Positions 18,607-27,331 are shown, numbered from the stretch's first letter. The stretch is 27,563 bases of DNA from an uncultured bacterium (GCA_963977445.1 CAXBPH010000076.1:1-27563); one strand, 5' to 3'. The notes: generated from the letters alone by a model not told the origin. Made by a program: numbers and translations.

Positions 18607-19032
18607 ATGAACAACGCATTTGGACGTACACGGGAGCGGCGCCGGGCTACCATCAACATTACTTCCCTGATCGATGTAATGTTTCTCCTGCTTATTTTCT
18701 TTATGGTGTCTTCCGTTTTTCGAGATACCATCGGGTTGGACATCACGTTGCCTACGGCAAGTACGGCAGAAAATCAGCAGGAAGCCCCCCACGACATCTT
18801 TATTACCAGTGAAGGGAATATCACCTTTGGCAAACAGGAGGGGTTATCTCTTGAGGAGCTGGAGGGGGCTATACGGGCGCTGGTGGCCGAAGAACCAGAT
18901 GCCCGCATGGCACTGACCGCCGACGCCAAATCTTCCTATGAAGATTTTGTGGCTGTGATAGACATCGCCCGAAAAGCCGGGGGAGAAAAATTGGTCATTC
19001 ACACGAAAAACAAGGCGGACGGGGCACCGTGA
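18607..19032 (+). CDS. exbD: Biopolymer transport protein ExbD/TolR
   Basis: INITSLIDVMFLLLIFFMV transmembrane motif, LPTA, and TADAKSSYEDFVAVID..AG. GAGGT SD before the ATG at 18607. Confidence 0.9.
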   Translation: MNNAFGRTRERRRATINITSLIDVMFLLLIFFMVSSVFRDTIGLDITLPTASTAENQQEAPHDIFITSEGNITFGKQEGLSLEELEGAIRALVAEEPDARMALTADAKSSYEDFVAVIDIARKAGGEKLVIHTKNKADGAP

Positions 19033-19063
19033 TTTCTGTGGGATCCATTGCGGGATAGGCCGG

Positions 19064-20233
19064 CTATTTGTTTTCCATGGGATCGAGGGAAATACTGGAG
19101 CGCTTGGGAGGGGGAGCAGCTTCTTCCGTGCGTTTCTGAGGGCCCAGTTTCTCCAAGGCTTCCAATTGGGATGGGGACTTCTTGCTCTTACTTTTACCTT
19201 TTCCGTTCACCGTGGACGTAGAAGTCTCCGGGATCACCTTTTTCGCTTCTTTTGGCATTTCGGATAGGGGGGTAAGTTGTACAGACTGCGAAGTTGCCCG
19301 TGGCCGTTCCACTTCCAGCTCTTTCTCAACGTCGGCGGCTTGAGAGTCCTTGTCAGAGGCCCCGGCTGCTTCCAGTGTGACCAATTCAACCCTGGGACGG
19401 GATCGGGCGGCTTCCTCCTCGAGTTCCCGTGCTGCGGCATCTGAGGGGGTGTCGTAGGGGGACAAGGGGTCATCTTCCAGCGCATCGAGAAAGTCCGAAA
19501 CGCTCCAATCGGTCTTGTTGGCGCGACGATTGAGACGATCACGGACAATGGACACATCCGGGGAGTCTGGAAAGTCTTGTATGAATCGGGCCAACTGGTA
19601 ATCGGCCTTCTCGGGCTGTGAAAGGTCGTCGTCATAAATCCGGCAGAGTTGATTTGCCGCTTCCAACGCATCATCCGCCCGCTTTGCCCGTTTACGTGCG
19701 CGCAAGTACCACGCTTCCGCGTCAACCAGATTCCCCAGCGCATGTTGGACCCGAGCGGCCCGGCTCAGCACCTCGAAATTGCGGGGGTAGATACGGGCGA
19801 GAACAAGATATTCCTGGAGGGCGCCTTCATAGTCACCCGCACGCTCGAGGGCTTCCACGGGGCCAAATCGGGGATGATCCAGGGCGGAATCTTCGCCCGG
19901 GGCAATAATATCGACCACCAGACGAGAAATGAGGGAAATGAAGACATGGGCGTAGAGAGAGAAGCCCGCGATGCTTAATCCAAGGATGGCGGCGATGTAG
20001 AGGAGAACCTGACCGCCCAGGGCCTCCTTCAGCACTATGGTCTCGATCCAGAACACGAGGCCAACAAAAACACTGGTCGCCATTTCCAGAGCGAGGGTGC
20101 TTTCTTCGTAATAAAGAAAGCGCCTGCGTAGTAGAAAAATCGCCCAGCCAAAGAACGGCACGAGCAACAAATATCCGACGACTTGAACTAGAAGCAATGT
20201 GCGAATAAGTCCATAGGTTGCAACACTCCTCAC
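19064..20233 (-). CDS. Membrane protein with TPR-like helical repeats and a low-complexity charged C-terminal tail
   Basis: Three N-terminal hydrophobic segments; TPR-like GDYEGALQEY..YP and LGNLVDAEAWY; FIQDFPDSP; an E/K/S/P-rich tail. The start position is uncertain. Confidence 0.75.
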   Translation of the reverse strand: MRSVATYGLIRTLLLVQVVGYLLLVPFFGWAIFLLRRRFLYYEESTLALEMATSVFVGLVFWIETIVLKEALGGQVLLYIAAILGLSIAGFSLYAHVFISLISRLVVDIIAPGEDSALDHPRFGPVEALERAGDYEGALQEYLVLARIYPRNFEVLSRAARVQHALGNLVDAEAWYLRARKRAKRADDALEAANQLCRIYDDDLSQPEKADYQLARFIQDFPDSPDVSIVRDRLNRRANKTDWSVSDFLDALEDDPLSPYDTPSDAAARELEEEAARSRPRVELVTLEAAGASDKDSQAADVEKELEVERPRATSQSVQLTPLSEMPKEAKKVIPETSTSTVNGKGKSKSKKSPSQLEALEKLGPQKRTEEAAPPPKRSSISLDPMENK

Positions 20234-20357
20234 GTTTCCATGTAAACGATAACGTGATAAAGGCGTAAAAGTCCAACTTTTCTACTCTTTTTTTCGGGGC
20301 CACAGGAAATAAATTGTCCGAAATCCGGGTTTTATAAGGCATTGGAGCGCCGAAAAA

Positions 20358-20387
20358 TTGACTTCGATTGAGCGTGGTCGCTATGAT
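20358..20387 (+). promoter_or_regulatory. Sigma70-type promoter for GH4-purC-purF
   Basis: TTGACT-18 nt-TATGAT preceded by an A-tract. It implies a leader of about 175 nt. Confidence 0.55.
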
Positions 20388-20570
20388 CCCGGTGTGGTTG
20401 CGTTGGCAGGGATTCGCCCAATTGTTTCTCGTAGTACCGTCAACGCCCGGGTTGACCGTTCCGAACAACCTTTCATGTTCGTCCACTGGCGAACGGTACA
20501 GGCCTAAATGACAGGCCGAGACCTGCTTTACTATTGCGTTCTCTTCCCGAACATAATAAGGGTACCTGAT

Positions 20571-21854
20571 ATGAAGTTCACGATCATTGGTGGCGGTAGT
20601 TCCTATACCCCTGAACTCCTTGACGGGTTGTTTTCACGCCTTGATTCAATTCCCGTTTCTGAAGTGTGGATGATGGATCTTGATGAAGGTCGGCTCCAGA
20701 TTAATGCCGATTTTGCCCGCCGCATGGCCGAGCGTCACGGAAATCCCTTCTCGGTGCATACGACCACCGACATGCGCGAGGCCGTCACGGGTGCCAAATA
20801 TGTAATCACCCAGATTCGTGTTGGCCAGATGCAGGCCCGTATCGAAGACGAACGACTGGGGCTTCGTCACAATATCATCGGCCAGGAAACAACGGGGGTA
20901 GGTGGCTTTGCCTGTGCGCTCCGCACGATTCCCCGCATCCTCGATGTGGCCCACGCGATGGAAGAACTGGCCCCCGATGGCTATCTGCTGAACTTTACCA
21001 ACCCGGCCGGTATCGTGACCGAAGCGGTGCTGAAGCACAGCTCAATTAAGAGTGTGGGCCTGTGCAACGTTCCCATCGGCATGATAATGGAAACCATCAA
21101 GTATTTTGGTGGAGAAGTTTCCGATATCGAGCTGGACTATGTGGGATTGAACCACCTTTCATGGGTCCGTAAATTCTCGAAGTCCGGCGAGGACATCACC
21201 CCAGGCGTGCTCGAGAAGTTCTTCGAAAACGCCCGGTCCGAGTGGGAACACGAAATCACCCGCGACAATATGATTGGTGCCATGTCGAGTCTGGGCATGT
21301 TCTGCAATTATTACCTGCAATACTTCTACTCCACCGATACGGTTCTTGAGACGATCAAAGAAAAAGACAAGACACGTGGCGAAGAAGTGCTGGAAATTGA
21401 AGCCGCCTTGTTCAAGAAATATGCAGATCCCAGCTTGAGTGAAAAGCCCGAAGAGCTTGGCAAGCGCGGGGGAGCCCACTATTCCACGGCGGCCTTCTAT
21501 TTGATCGACGGTATCGAAAATGACCGCCAGAATCGCCAGATTGTATGCTGCCGTAACAACGGGGCAATACCGACCTTTGACGACGATGTATCGGTAGAAG
21601 TGAGTGCCATCATTGGCAAAGATGGTGCCAAGGCCATTCAGCAGGAAGCTCCCGTACCTATTATTCGGGGCCTCATGCAGCACGTGAAAGCCTATGAGAC
21701 CATGACGGTCGCGGCCGCCGTTTCCGGCGACCGGGAAACAGCCTTCCAGGCCCTGTTGCTCAACCCCCTCTCACCCAATGCTTCGGGATGTCGCGCCTTG
21801 CTCGATGACCTGTTGGAAGTTAACAAGCCCCATCTTCAAGGTACTTTCTTCTAG
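20571..21854 (+). CDS. Family 4 glycoside hydrolase, 6-phospho-beta-glucosidase-like
   Basis: IIGGGSSYTPEL (NAD binding), QIRVG, GQETTGVGG, NFTNPAG, VGLCNVP, GLNHL, RGGAHYS and VKAYE motifs. Confidence 0.93.
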   Translation: MKFTIIGGGSSYTPELLDGLFSRLDSIPVSEVWMMDLDEGRLQINADFARRMAERHGNPFSVHTTTDMREAVTGAKYVITQIRVGQMQARIEDERLGLRHNIIGQETTGVGGFACALRTIPRILDVAHAMEELAPDGYLLNFTNPAGIVTEAVLKHSSIKSVGLCNVPIGMIMETIKYFGGEVSDIELDYVGLNHLSWVRKFSKSGEDITPGVLEKFFENARSEWEHEITRDNMIGAMSSLGMFCNYYLQYFYSTDTVLETIKEKDKTRGEEVLEIEAALFKKYADPSLSEKPEELGKRGGAHYSTAAFYLIDGIENDRQNRQIVCCRNNGAIPTFDDDVSVEVSAIIGKDGAKAIQQEAPVPIIRGLMQHVKAYETMTVAAAVSGDRETAFQALLLNPLSPNASGCRALLDDLLEVNKPHLQGTFF

Positions 21855-21876
21855 GCCCTCCTTCGGAGCTTCCACT

Positions 21877-22767
21877 ATGACTCAAGCTGTTTGTGAGACC
21901 ACGCTGCCGGACAGACAACCGACTGCGCGGGGAAAAGTCCGTGATCTGTACGATCTGGGTGATAGTCTTTTGCTCGTCGCAACGGACCGCATCTCTGCCT
22001 TCGACTGGGTCAACCCCGTAGGTATTCCCGACAAGGGTCGTATTCTTACGCAGATTTCACTCTTCTGGTTTGAGCAGATGGGGGACATCGTTCCAAACCA
22101 TCTCATCTCCGCGGAGATTACCGATTTTCCAGAGGCGTTCCAGGCCTTCCCGGAAGTTTTCGCCGGTCGTTCCATGCTCGTTAAGAAATGCGCCATGTTT
22201 CCGGTCGAATTTGTGATCCGCGGTTACCTGGCGGGAAGTGGCTTGAAAGAATATGCAGAGCGCGGCACGGTCTGCGACATTCCCCTTCCCGAGGGATTGC
22301 TCGAGTCGAGCAAACTTCCGAGTCCCCTCTACACCCCGGCCACCAAGGCCACCGATGGGCACGACATCAATATCAGCCCCAATCGGGCTGGGGAAATCAT
22401 CGGTGCCGACTGGAATGCCCGAGCCGCTGAAGCGGCCGTTGCGGTCTACCAGCGTGGGGAGGCCATCGCCGCCGAACGGGGTATCATCTTGTGTGATACC
22501 AAGTTTGAGTTTGGCGTTCTCAACAATGAGCTTGTCCTTGCGGACGAGGTGTTGACCCCCGACTCATCTCGCTTCTGGCCTGCCGCGTCCTACCGGGCCG
22601 GCGCCCCCCAACCTAGTTTTGACAAACAATTCGTCCGTGATTATCTTACGAGTACCGGCTGGGATAAGAATTCCGAACAGCCGCCACTCCCTGCGGATGT
22701 TGTAGAACAAACGCGTGCGAAATACATTGAAGCCTATACCTTGCTCACTGGGAAAAAGGACCTCTAG
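21877..22767 (+). CDS. purC: Phosphoribosylaminoimidazole-succinocarboxamide (SAICAR) synthase
   Basis: GKVRDLY, ATDRISAFD, IPDKG, RGYLAGSG, DTKFEFG, DEVLTPDSSRFW and SFDKQFVRD motifs. GGAG SD before the ATG at 21877. Confidence 0.97.
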   Translation: MTQAVCETTLPDRQPTARGKVRDLYDLGDSLLLVATDRISAFDWVNPVGIPDKGRILTQISLFWFEQMGDIVPNHLISAEITDFPEAFQAFPEVFAGRSMLVKKCAMFPVEFVIRGYLAGSGLKEYAERGTVCDIPLPEGLLESSKLPSPLYTPATKATDGHDINISPNRAGEIIGADWNARAAEAAVAVYQRGEAIAAERGIILCDTKFEFGVLNNELVLADEVLTPDSSRFWPAASYRAGAPQPSFDKQFVRDYLTSTGWDKNSEQPPLPADVVEQTRAKYIEAYTLLTGKKDL

Positions 22768-22770
22768 TTC

Positions 22771-24273
22771 ATGGATGCTGCCCAAATCGCCGCCATAATT
22801 GACAATCCTCCACCACAATATCATCCACGGCCATTCGGCTGGGATGACGATGATCAGGTTCGGGATGAGTGTGGCGTTTTTGGGGTCTACGGACACCCCG
22901 AAGCGGCCCGTCTTATCTACCTGGGGCTTTACTCGCTGCAACACCGTGGCCAGGAAGGCTCTGGTATTGTGTGCGCCGACGAAGGCGTACTCAGTGCCCA
23001 TCGTGGGGTGGGACTGGTGTCAGACGTATTCCGTCCCCACAAATTGGCGCGGGTAAAGGGTGCAAAAGGTATTGGCCACGTTCGCTATTCGACCTTTGGC
23101 AACAATAACCTGAAGAACGTGCAGCCCCTCGTCGTGGACTATAAGCGCGGCTCCATGGCCGTGGCCCACAATGGGAACTTGGTGAATGCCGGTGTGCTTC
23201 GGGACCAGCTCGAAGAGCAAGGCGCTATTTTCCAGTCCACGACGGACAGCGAAGTAATCCTGCACCGTATTTCCCGTTCGAACGGCAGTACCTTCACCGA
23301 ATGCGTCGTCGAGGCCCTTCGGGACGTAATTGGTGCCTACTCCGTGGTTGTCATGAATGGTGACGAAATCGTCGCTGCCCGTGACCCCTACGGATTCAGG
23401 CCGCTATGGCTGGGCAAGCTCGATGACAGTTACATCGTGGCCAGCGAGACGTGCGCCTTGGATATTATCGATGCGGAACGTGTTCGCGAGCTTTCCCCCG
23501 GTGAAGTCGTCACGATCAACGAACAGGGTGTTCATAGCGAGTATCCCTTCGAGAAGGTTGTTCCCAAGCAATGTATCTTTGAATATATCTACGTATCCCG
23601 TCCCGACAGCGACATTTTCGGTGCCAGTGTAGACGAGGTTCGTAAGAATATGGGTCGTGAACTGGCCCGCCATGCGCCCGTTGAAGCCGATGTGGTTATG
23701 GCGGTTCCTGACTCTTCCAATCCGGCTGCCTTGGGATATGCCCACGAATCGGGCATCCCTTTTGATATGGGTATCATCCGAAACCACTATGTGGGCCGGA
23801 CCTTTATTGAACCCGAGCAGGGAATTCGTGACTTCGGTGTGAAGATTAAATTGAATCCTTCCCGCAGTGCCATTGAAGGCAAACGTATCGTATTGGTGGA
23901 TGACAGTATTGTTCGCGGCACAACGGCACGCAAGATAATTAAAATCCTGCGGAGCAACGGTGCCAAAGAAATCCACTTCCGTATATCGTCGCCACAGATT
24001 ATTAATTCATGTCACTATGGCATTGATACCCCCAATCCGAGCCGTCTCATCGCCCACAATATGACGGTGGAAGAGATCAGGGAATATCTCGGCGTAGAGT
24101 CCCTTTCCTATCTGCCCATCGACGCCCTCGTGGCCGCAACGGGTGGGGCAAAGGATCACTTTTGTCTGGGTTGCTTTAATAACAACTATCCGACTCAGGT
24201 GCCTTCCGACTTTACCTTTCGGGATCCAAAATATCGTCACGTGGATCACAGCACGGAGCTTCTCGGGCAGTAG
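22771..24273 (+). CDS. purF: Amidophosphoribosyltransferase (propeptide, Fe-S type)
   Basis: E-CGVFG, LQHRGQE, GHVRYST, AHNGNL, CIFEYIY.SRPDS, VDDSIVRGTT, CHYGID and CLGCF motifs. Confidence 0.98.
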   Translation: MDAAQIAAIIDNPPPQYHPRPFGWDDDDQVRDECGVFGVYGHPEAARLIYLGLYSLQHRGQEGSGIVCADEGVLSAHRGVGLVSDVFRPHKLARVKGAKGIGHVRYSTFGNNNLKNVQPLVVDYKRGSMAVAHNGNLVNAGVLRDQLEEQGAIFQSTTDSEVILHRISRSNGSTFTECVVEALRDVIGAYSVVVMNGDEIVAARDPYGFRPLWLGKLDDSYIVASETCALDIIDAERVRELSPGEVVTINEQGVHSEYPFEKVVPKQCIFEYIYVSRPDSDIFGASVDEVRKNMGRELARHAPVEADVVMAVPDSSNPAALGYAHESGIPFDMGIIRNHYVGRTFIEPEQGIRDFGVKIKLNPSRSAIEGKRIVLVDDSIVRGTTARKIIKILRSNGAKEIHFRISSPQIINSCHYGIDTPNPSRLIAHNMTVEEIREYLGVESLSYLPIDALVAATGGAKDHFCLGCFNNNYPTQVPSDFTFRDPKYRHVDHSTELLGQ

Positions 24274-24346
24274 ACGGAAATCTTGCGATACGAGCATCAC
24301 AAATCCATCAAGACTACGGGAAGTCCTACTACCTAGCCACATAACT

Positions 24347-25627
24347 TTACGTGTTTGGAGGACTGTGGTCCTTGTTGACGCGATCAACATCCGATGACAA
24401 CCCTACGAGTATCCCGCCGCCTTTGGCGAGGGTTATCGAAACTTCATTCTTTCCCGAAGCAATCCATTGGCCCGTGGAAGCATTGAAGACCGACAGCGGG
24501 CCGGGTCCAGAAAGGGTGTACGTCTTCTCGGTGGTGTAGTCGTTATTCACCACTACCACGAAGGTAGCATCTTCCAGCGTCTTTCCATCCAAATTGAAGA
24601 GCCCCAAGAGTATTCCTTTCAGCGGATCGCCTGCCGTATACGTCAGGGTGGAGGCAACACCGCTGATGTTGAAGGGACTGCTTGCTGGAAGCGATGGAAT
24701 CTCCGGCGGATTGACTTCGTAGCCCTTCAAATAGGCTCCGATAAAATTCAGTGGCTGAAGCTCGGTCGCCACTTCCACAAACTCGCCATTTAGCGGCTTC
24801 AACGCATCATAAACAGACGTTGGCGTTCCGTTGGTATCAATAAGCCCTCCGGAAGCGGGGGGAGATGTGGGCCCATAGAGGAAATAATGAATACCCTCTG
24901 CACCATAGGCCAGCGTACTGTAGTTTAGAAAACGAAGCTCGCCCGCGCCGGGGACCCGCCACTTGTCATCAAAAGCGACTGCTTGGACAACATTCATAAA
25001 CGGTATCCCGCCCGCAGCTTTCGCCGTCTGACTTGTGTATTGCAGGTTTTGGAGATAGCCCGTTGAGTCGTGATCGGACTTAAACTGGTAGTAGTCCTGA
25101 CTGAGCAACGATGGCTTGACCGCCGGCATATACTCCTCCACGTAGGAAGGCAGGGGGAATATGTTGATATAGGACAAGTGGCCGGGATCACGAAGGCGGA
25201 TGTATTCTACGAGCCTGCCAAGTCCGGTCAGCATCGGCAATGGGGGCTCATCGGCGATGAGGTAGGCGTATGCGGCCGGAGATTTCTGGTACGCATCGAT
25301 TAAGGCGTCGAGTGACGCCTGACGCGATCCTCCGTCAAGGGAATCGACGGATAAAAGCGGGTGCATGAGGATAGTCCGGAGACCCTTCTGTTCGGCCATT
25401 TTCGCTTGTGCCACCGCAGTAATCCATACCACATTGTAGCCCCCAACGGCGGCCTCTTCGGCACGGGCATCCGTCAATGCTTTCCCATCTCCCCAATACA
25501 TGACGATCGGCGTGCCCACCGTCCATCCGTCGTTCGATACGAATTCCTCAGCGAAGCACCTATGGGAGAGGTTGCCAAAGGCGAAGGCCAAGAGCACCAT
25601 GCACATAGTTCTTTTACATATCATCAT
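24347..25627 (-). CDS. Secreted hypothetical protein, probable glycoside-hydrolase-like TIM barrel with a C-terminal beta-domain
   Basis: Signal-peptide-like N-terminus; YLIADEP, DPGHLSYINIFP, SQDYYQF, IPFMNVVQA and LAYGAEGIHYF patterns recall clan GH-A-like barrels. The exact start is uncertain (25624-25630). Confidence 0.65.
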   Translation of the reverse strand: MMICKRTMCMVLLAFAFGNLSHRCFAEEFVSNDGWTVGTPIVMYWGDGKALTDARAEEAAVGGYNVVWITAVAQAKMAEQKGLRTILMHPLLSVDSLDGGSRQASLDALIDAYQKSPAAYAYLIADEPPLPMLTGLGRLVEYIRLRDPGHLSYINIFPLPSYVEEYMPAVKPSLLSQDYYQFKSDHDSTGYLQNLQYTSQTAKAAGGIPFMNVVQAVAFDDKWRVPGAGELRFLNYSTLAYGAEGIHYFLYGPTSPPASGGLIDTNGTPTSVYDALKPLNGEFVEVATELQPLNFIGAYLKGYEVNPPEIPSLPASSPFNISGVASTLTYTAGDPLKGILLGLFNLDGKTLEDATFVVVVNNDYTTEKTYTLSGPGPLSVFNASTGQWIASGKNEVSITLAKGGGILVGLSSDVDRVNKDHSPPNT

Positions 25628-25806
25628 CAAACACCCGTAGATAAAGTTTCACAATACACGTAAATATTTGCGCCTGACCATCGGCGATCATCAACTACCG
25701 TGCCATGTACCAGGTAACGAGGGACGGGGGGGGAACTAATGGGCAGACACCTACTTCTCGGACTCACCGCGTTTGCGAGGCACGGTCGAGGCCGCTATCG
25801 TGCAAT

Positions 25807-25847
25807 AAAAATGCCGCATCCAACAACTGACGGAGTAGGATGCGGCA
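25807..25847 (-). terminator. Intrinsic terminator after the DapA-family gene
   Basis: TGCCGCATCC...GGATGCGGCA 10-bp stem followed by TTTTT on the minus strand. Confidence 0.85.
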
Positions 25848-25871
25848 CAAAAGTTTAATTGGTTTGCGGGG

Positions 25872-26765
25872 TTAAATCAATCCCTGTTCCTGGAGACCCT
25901 TGGCCAGTTTCTTCTTTTCTGGCGTCGTAAGTTCCCGCTGGGGAGGACGAACGTATCCGGGATCAAAACCACGCTGGCGCATAATCTCTTTCAGACCGGC
26001 CAGACCACCGCCGTAGGTGAAGAGTCGGGTGGCTTTTTCAAGACGTAGCTGGGCCTGCCAGGCTTTTTTCAGATTGCCCTTCTGGACATTCTTGTAAATT
26101 TCTACATAGAGGTCGATGTAGGCGTTGGAGGAGCCGGATACGACGGCCTTACCGCCGGCCACGAGTGCCTGGAAGCCCTGTTCATCGGCGCCATTAATTA
26201 CAGCAAATCCGTCCTCAGCCTGACCGAAAAGGCGGGTGAGGAGGGGCATGCTGCCAGAGCTGTCTTTAATGCCCACGATATTCTTGTGGCCCTTCGCGAG
26301 CTTGTCGATGAGTTCGGGGGAGAGGGCATTCTTTGCACAACTCGGGATGTTGTAGAGAAGTACGGGAAAGTCTGGAACCGCCTTGGCAACTGTAGCGTAG
26401 TACTGCTCAAGGGCAGCATCGTCATAGCCGTAAAAACAAGGCGCGACGACGGCAGCGGCATAGGCACCGACTTCCTGGGCGTGTTTGGTGAGCTCGATGG
26501 TCGTGGCGGTATCCATAGCACCCGTCTGTGCCACTACCTTCGCCTTTTTGCCAGCACCCTGGAGTGTTTCTTCCAGAACTGTCTTGCGTTCATCCGTGGA
26601 GCAGAGGTGGCCTTCACCCGTCGTGCCACACGGAAAAAGACCCGCGGCACCTTTTTTGACTATGTAAGCTGCCAGCGGGGCTACTTTATCAAAGTCGACG
26701 TATTCTCCGCCCTTCGTAAAAGGCGTCACGACCGCGACTATAATACCGTTAATATCAAACTTCAT
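25872..26765 (-). CDS. Dihydrodipicolinate synthase / N-acetylneuraminate lyase family aldolase
   Basis: AVVTPF, CGTTGEG, LLYNIP and GIKDSSG (Schiff-base Lys) motifs. AAAGGA SD supports a start at 26765. Confidence 0.92.
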   Translation of the reverse strand: MKFDINGIIVAVVTPFTKGGEYVDFDKVAPLAAYIVKKGAAGLFPCGTTGEGHLCSTDERKTVLEETLQGAGKKAKVVAQTGAMDTATTIELTKHAQEVGAYAAAVVAPCFYGYDDAALEQYYATVAKAVPDFPVLLYNIPSCAKNALSPELIDKLAKGHKNIVGIKDSSGSMPLLTRLFGQAEDGFAVINGADEQGFQALVAGGKAVVSGSSNAYIDLYVEIYKNVQKGNLKKAWQAQLRLEKATRLFTYGGGLAGLKEIMRQRGFDPGYVRPPQRELTTPEKKKLAKGLQEQGLI

Positions 26766-26905
26766 CCCTGATCCTTTCGAAACGAGGTTACTGCTCCGTT
26801 TGCCCAATCGTTGGGGCATACTGACAACAAAACACCCCTCGAATAATACAGGAACGTACCATGAATTTCGAGTTTATCCTGATTAACGACTTAAAATCAC
26901 TGTCC

Positions 26906-27331
26906 CTACGATGAGGATTGCTTTTTTTCTGCTGCCTTAACCCGTTCCCACGCCAACACGGCCTCTTCGGGGGTCTGGGCTTTGTCATCCCCGAATACGT
27001 GCTCGTGACGGCGTATCATTTTCTCGTGAGCCCGTTCGAGCACTTCCTGGTACGAAAAGAGACCTTCTTCTTCTGCTGCGGCAATAGTGGCCAACAGGGT
27101 AAACAACGTATCCCCGCATTCTTCGGCCATGTGCTTCTTATCGCCTCCCATGAGGGATTCCACAAACTCGGCCGATTCGTCGTGCACAAAACCCGCAAAG
27201 GCCCGGGTATCTTGTTCCCGATCCCAGGGACAACCTTCCGGTGTGCGGAGGTATCGGGCCAGCTCAATGAGTGCCTGGTGCCATCCGGCCTCATCCACCG
27301 GAGTGTGGGGTAGGTGGGGGTACTGGGACAT
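26906..27331 (-). CDS. Single-domain MazG-family nucleotide pyrophosphohydrolase
   Basis: LRTPEGCPWDREQ, DESAE, EECGD, KMIRRHEHVFG and WERVKAAEK motifs. GAGGAG SD upstream. Confidence 0.9.
   Translation of the reverse strand: MSQYPHLPHTPVDEAGWHQALIELARYLRTPEGCPWDREQDTRAFAGFVHDESAEFVESLMGGDKKHMAEECGDTLFTLLATIAAAEEEGLFSYQEVLERAHEKMIRRHEHVFGDDKAQTPEEAVLAWERVKAAEKKQSSS

Noticed and set aside
20480..20530. ACTGGCGAA as a ZTP riboswitch, or AGACCTGC as a cobalamin B12 box
   Set aside because: There is no 3' GCCGnCCGCCTGGGC hairpin for ZTP and no GGGAA/GGTG-AAA-TCC core for cobalamin. It is kept only as an unassigned structured-leader candidate.
25739..25858. Short plus-strand ORF (MGRHLLLGL...) after a G-run
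   Set aside because: It runs through the terminator hairpin, has no recognisable motif, and the G homopolymer is weak SD evidence.
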